The position numbers and the translations under genes are program-made. Under the pieces are notes generated by a model. The model was not told the DNA's origin. It did not search any database and worked only from the letters and a program-made list of their open reading frames with translations. A DNA stretch of 64,000 nucleotides, taken from the NCBI GenBank assembly GCA_965112735.1, contig OZ218962.1:1426001-1490000 (forward strand), in the 5' to 3' direction. This document shows positions 59,093 through 64,000 of the stretch, piece by piece (the first letter of the stretch is position 1; each line of letters opens with the position of its first letter). Origin of the DNA: Phaeosaccion multiseriatum. Its lineage: Eukaryota; Protista; Ochrophyta, other classes.

Positions 59093-62000
59093 TTAATGCC
59101 TCCAAGCGTTCCGCCCCATGCCGCGGTTTCGCCAGTGCACATTCTGCGGCTTTCCTTCAAGCCGCTGCTGGTCCAAACAGTCGCCCCTTGCACCCGCCTT
59201 GACGTGAGCCTCTAAGTCTCGCACTTGCTCTCGCTCCCAATCCCACTTTGTCTTTCGGGAGAACTTTCCCTCCTCCATCTTGCCCAAGAGCCACTCTCCA
59301 ATGTGGACCTTGTCTGTCAAGACAACCTCCTGCAGCAAGGCGCGGTACAGGGTGCTCTGCACTTGTCTGTTGTACTTGAACAGTTGACGGAGCGCACGTA
59401 GCAGGAAGGCCAGCCTCTCCTTGCCTTGCTGCACCTCTTGCTCCGTAGATAGCGTAAACGCTTGCCCCAACTTCTCCTCCTGAATGCTGCGTAACCGATC
59501 CCACGTCCAAATACTCCGGTCTGGTCTGACGGTGCATGATGCGAGGGCCCTCACAGTCTGTGCGGAGGGGTTGTGACCCTGCTTTTGCATGGCAGCAAGG
59601 TGGCGCAGGGCTTCGTCCCACTGCCCCTGCTCCACACTCACTTCGATGAGGGCGTTGTACGTGGATATGGGGACCCGGTACAAGCTCGCCTTGCACTTTC
59701 CCCGAAGCTCAGCCGCCATGCGCGCAGATTGAGCCTCCATATCATGCAACACCTTGGGAAGATGCACAGAAGCGGGTTAGTCGTAATTTTTTCAGAACTC
59801 AAGAGGCCGAGGACGACTCACCTCTGAAGCTCCAGCAATGTCGCCCGCGCAGCAATAGGCTCGACACAACGTGTCCTTCGTAGCGACGCCGGGTGTCAAA
59901 CCCATTATGGGCATCTCTTGGTACAGAGAAATGGCAAGGTCGTACTCTTGGCTCTTGACACAGGCATCCATCGTGGCGGAGAAGGCCTTGGAATCAATTG
60001 GAATGTTCTTCTGCCGCATTTCCTGCACGAGCTGCAGAAAACGGAAACGGAAACTATGGTTAGCGACCAACAAACAGGAAAACACGCCTCCCCCTCCCCT
60101 CCCCTCCCCTCTCCCCTCCCCTCCACGCACAAACTCCTAGATGGTCAAGTCAATGAGTTCGTTGCTCACCTGAAGCGCTCCCGAAGCGTCTCTCATGTTG
60201 GCGTGCGCAGCAATCGCTGACGTGTAGACCTGTCGTCAACAAGAACAACAAGGAACAGGCGTAGGGGGAACCGAGTCGGGGCGATGAGAGGGGGACGCAC
60301 CAACACTTAAGTCATCTCCTCACCAGGGAAATCACATCACTCACGTAAAGTCCTGGCTGCAGGTCAAGGTCTCGCATCACGTCCAAGTAGTGCAGCGCCT
60401 GCTCGTTCTCGCCCTCCACCTCGAAAGCGTGGATCAAGGCCGAGTACGTTGCATTATCGCCACGGAACCCTGCGCTCCGCATCTGCTCGTACACAACGTG
60501 CGCCTCGTAAGGCTGCCTCTGCTGTGCATAACCCAAAATCATCGTGTTCCACGTGCATTGGTCAGGGGTGAAGGCCACGAGCTTGCTGCTGCTGTCCTGC
60601 ATAAAGTTGAGCACTGCTCTCGCCTCCTTGTGCTTGCCTTTCGCAATAAGGGCCTTCATGAGAATGGTGCAGGTAACCTTGTTGGGGAAAAATCCGCTCT
60701 TCAGCCCGCTGGACCTCATGCGGCTAAACAATGCCAGCGCCTTATCATGATTCATGCTCGAAGCATAGGCATCCATAAGCGTGTTGTAGCTCTTGAGATC
60801 GCGCATTGCCTCCATGTCCTCCGAAGCAAAAATGCGCTCTGCAAGGTCCACCCTGCCCCTCTTGGAGCACGCCGACATGAGGGCGTTGAAAAAGGCCACG
60901 TCTGGCTGGACGGCAATGTCCCCACTCCGAATGAACCTGTGGATGCCCAAGGCGTTCTCCAAGCCACCCTTCATGTTCCCAAACGCACTCACGAGTGTCG
61001 TGCACATCGTAATGTCGGGCTGCACCCCGACCGACAACATCTTGTGCGCCAACTTGAGGATTTGGGACGGCCTCTTGAGCTTGGAATAGGCCCGAATCGC
61101 TGCGTGGTACATTCGCACGTCCATTGCTCGCCATCCCGCATCAACGTCCTGCTGGCCCTCTTCCATTTTACTCCTGGCCGCCTCTGTCAGAAGCCTCTGG
61201 ATACCTGCCGCGCCCACCTCTGTCCGCTCCACTCTGGCCAGTTGGTAAAGCGCATCCACCACGCGCGCGTCAACTTCGCTGAGCTGTTGCTGTTGTTGTT
61301 GTTGCTGAGATGGAGATGGGGCAGTGGAGGGTAAGAGCAGACGAAGAGCATTTGGTTAGACAACAGGTAAAAACAGATAACAGCGTCCACATTTGTAACT
61401 TACCGGCGGGGGAGTGGCGCTTTCCACAAACGTCCCACTGTTGCTGTCCACCTCAACGATATCGACAAAGGCTGTCCTCCCGGAGTCTGCCTGCACCGAA
61501 AGCTGTCTCCCATCCGCAGCTGCTCCTGCTGCCGCTGCTGCCTCCACCACCATGTCCCTCCCCTCTCTCGCGCCTCGTTCGAACTTCATGGTAACACCTC
61601 CTTCCAAGCTGGTGCTCACCGCACTCACCAAACCTTCCACAGAGTTGGTGGGATAGAGTCTGTGGCCCAGAGTGCTCGAGACTGCAACAATTCTGTCCCC
61701 AACCTGCAGTAAGCCCGACATAGCGGCGCTTCCCCCCGGCAGCATTTCTTGAATAAAGACGCCGACACCGATGCTTTCTCCGGCAGCGGTTGCTGTTGTT
61801 GTTGTTGTTGCTGCTGCTGCTCCTCCTTCCCCTCCTGCTGCTCCTGCTGCTTTGGTCCCCCCAACCCCCCCGAAACCCACTCCCTCCCTCTCGCAAGCCA
61901 CTATCCCCAGCGGCCGCTCTAACTTCATAACTACTGTTGAGCTGCGCTCGTCCGCTAGTCTATGCGTCACAGACATGGCCTGACTCGTGCTGTGGGCAGC

Positions 62001-62861
62001 TTCATCGTCCTCCTCCAACAATCGCTCTATTCGCACAGTCACAAAGTCCGCGAGTATGAGCCTGCTCGTGATTGCACTCACGACGCCCTCCACCGTTGAC
62101 TTCTCCCACATCCCCCCTCCTAATGTGGCGCTGGTGGCAACAATGTGGTCACCAGGTCTCAGCCCTGCCATCTCCGCGTTCCCTCCGGGCCAGACCGAGT
62201 CGACCAGCACGCCCCTGCCACCCTCCAACTCCAACAAGCCCATGCCGAGGGGCTTGTGTAGCGTCACCTCATATGCCCGGGTATTCGCAGCTGTCTCTAC
62301 CGCTGCTGCTGTTGCAGCTGCCGTCGCAGCTGCTAGTCCTTGCTGCTCCTTCTCCGCCGCCAGATCTTGGGGCAATGGGAAAAGCTTGGAGCCAGAGTGT
62401 TGCTGCCGCTGCTGCTGCCTCAATATCTCGGCTGACTTCTCCCTGAGCTCTTCTAGCAGCCGTGATGGCAGCGTCGAAGTGGACGGAGTGTTCACTACAA
62501 GGCCCCAGGGTTCGGGGCTTTGCAGCGACAATGAGGACATTAACAACTTGTCCGTCCCCTGCGTTCCCTGCACTCGCGATTCCCCCGCCGCTGCAGTCCC
62601 GCTCCTCCTCTTTCGCGAGCCCGCCTTTCCCCAAGGTAGATGGCTAGAAGCAGTAGCCCTCCGGCAAATACTGCTGCCCTGCTCCTGCATACGTCTACTG
62701 CAGACCGGAGCGGCAGCCGCAGGCGGCGAAAAGCCCCGCACTACTCTGGGCCTGTTCTTCGAACAGCCGCACAGAGCCAACAGAAGCAGAGCAACAGTCG
62801 GTAACGCTGTCAAACATCCCCCTCCCCCCCCTCCCACGGCCGCGGCTACTGGTGGCCCCAT
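59093..62861 (-). CDS. Presequence + two PDZ domains + PPR-repeat array
   Basis: PDZ: VTLHKPLG..PGGNAEMAGLRPGDHIVATSA and KLERPLG..PGGSAAMSGLLQVGDRIVAVSS. PPR: MYHAAIRAY, FFNALMSACSKRG, SYNTLMDAYA, TWNTMILGYA, TYSALIHAF, TYNALIEV. Confidence 0.88.
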
Positions 62862-63274
62862 GTGCGGAGGGCGCCGCTTTGCACCGTCTCCTCTCGCTGC
62901 TGTTAGCAGGTTTTGCTACTCGAGCCTACAGGAGCGTGAGGAAGGTACCACCATCGAGCAGCACCGTGCGTTTTTCAGGCAGGAAAGCTATGTGTGTTAT
63001 GCGTATGTATCTATTCTCCCAAAGACCTAAGCTGTTTGTTCGTCTCTCTGATGCTTAATCTTCCCCATGCACAACCAAAAGGCATCATGATTTCAGCGCG
63101 TCAGCGGGAAGGATATGCCTCTAAATGTTTCCTATACACACTTGAGTTTATTTAGACGTAAAGGGGGAGAAAAAAGAAAAAAGAATAAAAAGAGTAATAA
63201 AGAGCACCTGTTCTTGCAGGAGCCTCAGGGCGAGAGTATGCGCTCAAAGTGATTGGCACACTTCTGTTTGCACG

Positions 63275-64000
63275 ATGGCGCTCTCCGCAAAGGAGGAGGA
63301 GCGACTGCTGGACAAGTTCCGCCCCATTCTTCGGTTCGATGCAGTCGAAGAGCACTTCCCGCTGACGCCAGAGACCTTTGTGGAGCATGCAGACCTTTGG
63401 CGCAAAAGAAGGTGAGTTGTTCTTCACACTGCGAGAAGGATTTACGTCTTCTTCATGGGAAGGCTGGCTGGCCATACCTCTGGTCGGCTGGACGGCAAGG
63501 CCCTGACTGATCGAGAGACTGCCAAGCCCCTGACTGATGGAGAGAGACTGTTTCGCCTTGACACGATTGTCTTTCTGGCCTTGTGTTTGACGGAGACTTC
63601 GCCTCCCTTTCCCCACGTGCATCCCAGGAAGATCAAAGGGGAGGAGAAGGAAGAAGACACTGAATCAATAGACACTGATTCCTCCGCTGAACAACCGGGG
63701 AAGTACGAATGGGAGCTGGTGCCTCCTCCAGAGGGGTCGGGCAGCTGGACCCTGCCTGAGGTACTGTCGCAGCAGGACGAGAAGACGTTCAACTACAAGC
63801 TCAGGCCGCACGAGGATATTCGGTGTGGACAAGAGAGTGATATTGAGCAGGCCGAAGAGGCTAGTGAGAGGGCGCCGCCCTGCTTTGGCTGGGGGGCGAT
63901 GACGAATCCTTTTGTCGTGCATCCTTTGATCCGGCATAGTGGAAAGTTCGACAAGATTGTGGAACTCAAGTACGCCTTTCTGTACTCCTACAACGGTACC
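63275..64000 (+). CDS. Vps62-related protein, partial (exons 63275-63411, 63628->64000)
   Basis: LLDKFRPILRFDAVEEHFPLTPETFV and ELKYAFLYSYNG resemble Vps62-family motifs; not shown in the ORF track. Confidence 0.65.

Noticed and set aside
63494-63552. Intronic ~25-bp duplication containing CCCCTGA
   Set aside because: No inverted partner or GATAGCG units; treated as a local tandem duplication

Overview
Gene-dense, GC-rich, intron-rich eukaryotic nuclear DNA. It is probably from a photosynthetic stramenopile (ochrophyte-like alga); this is inferred from signal-peptide+Phe bipartite-type presequences and the gene complement. About 24 spliced protein genes were reconstructed by hand: pyruvate kinase, an IQCE-like/WW protein, a CAMKK-like kinase, NUP93, an RTX-repeat membrane protein, a GT64 glycosyltransferase, an unknown Q-rich protein, RPS11, a NEK kinase, TSEN2, two ankyrin proteins, WDR12, a multi-CH-domain protein, eIF4A, an AspH-like dioxygenase, PIGV, NDUFA9, a KH+SAM protein, GatB, NOL11, an SLC43-like MFS transporter, a PDZ-PPR protein and a partial Vps62-like gene. 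Four things stand out. (1) A family of short CCCCTGA...TCAGGGG inverted-repeat elements built from GATAGCG/GCCGGC units is found only at head-to-tail gene junctions, about 140-200 bp upstream of the next ATG. (2) A bacterial RTX/T1SS-substrate-like protein has been remodelled into a eukaryotic type I membrane protein, with exons in register with the 27-nt repeat. (3) A SNORD2/snR39B-like C/D snoRNA lies inside an eIF4A intron. (4) There are unusual domain fusions (BicC-like KH+SAM; plastid-type 2xPDZ+PPR). Exon boundaries and family assignments come from reading motifs by eye and from recall; no searches were run.
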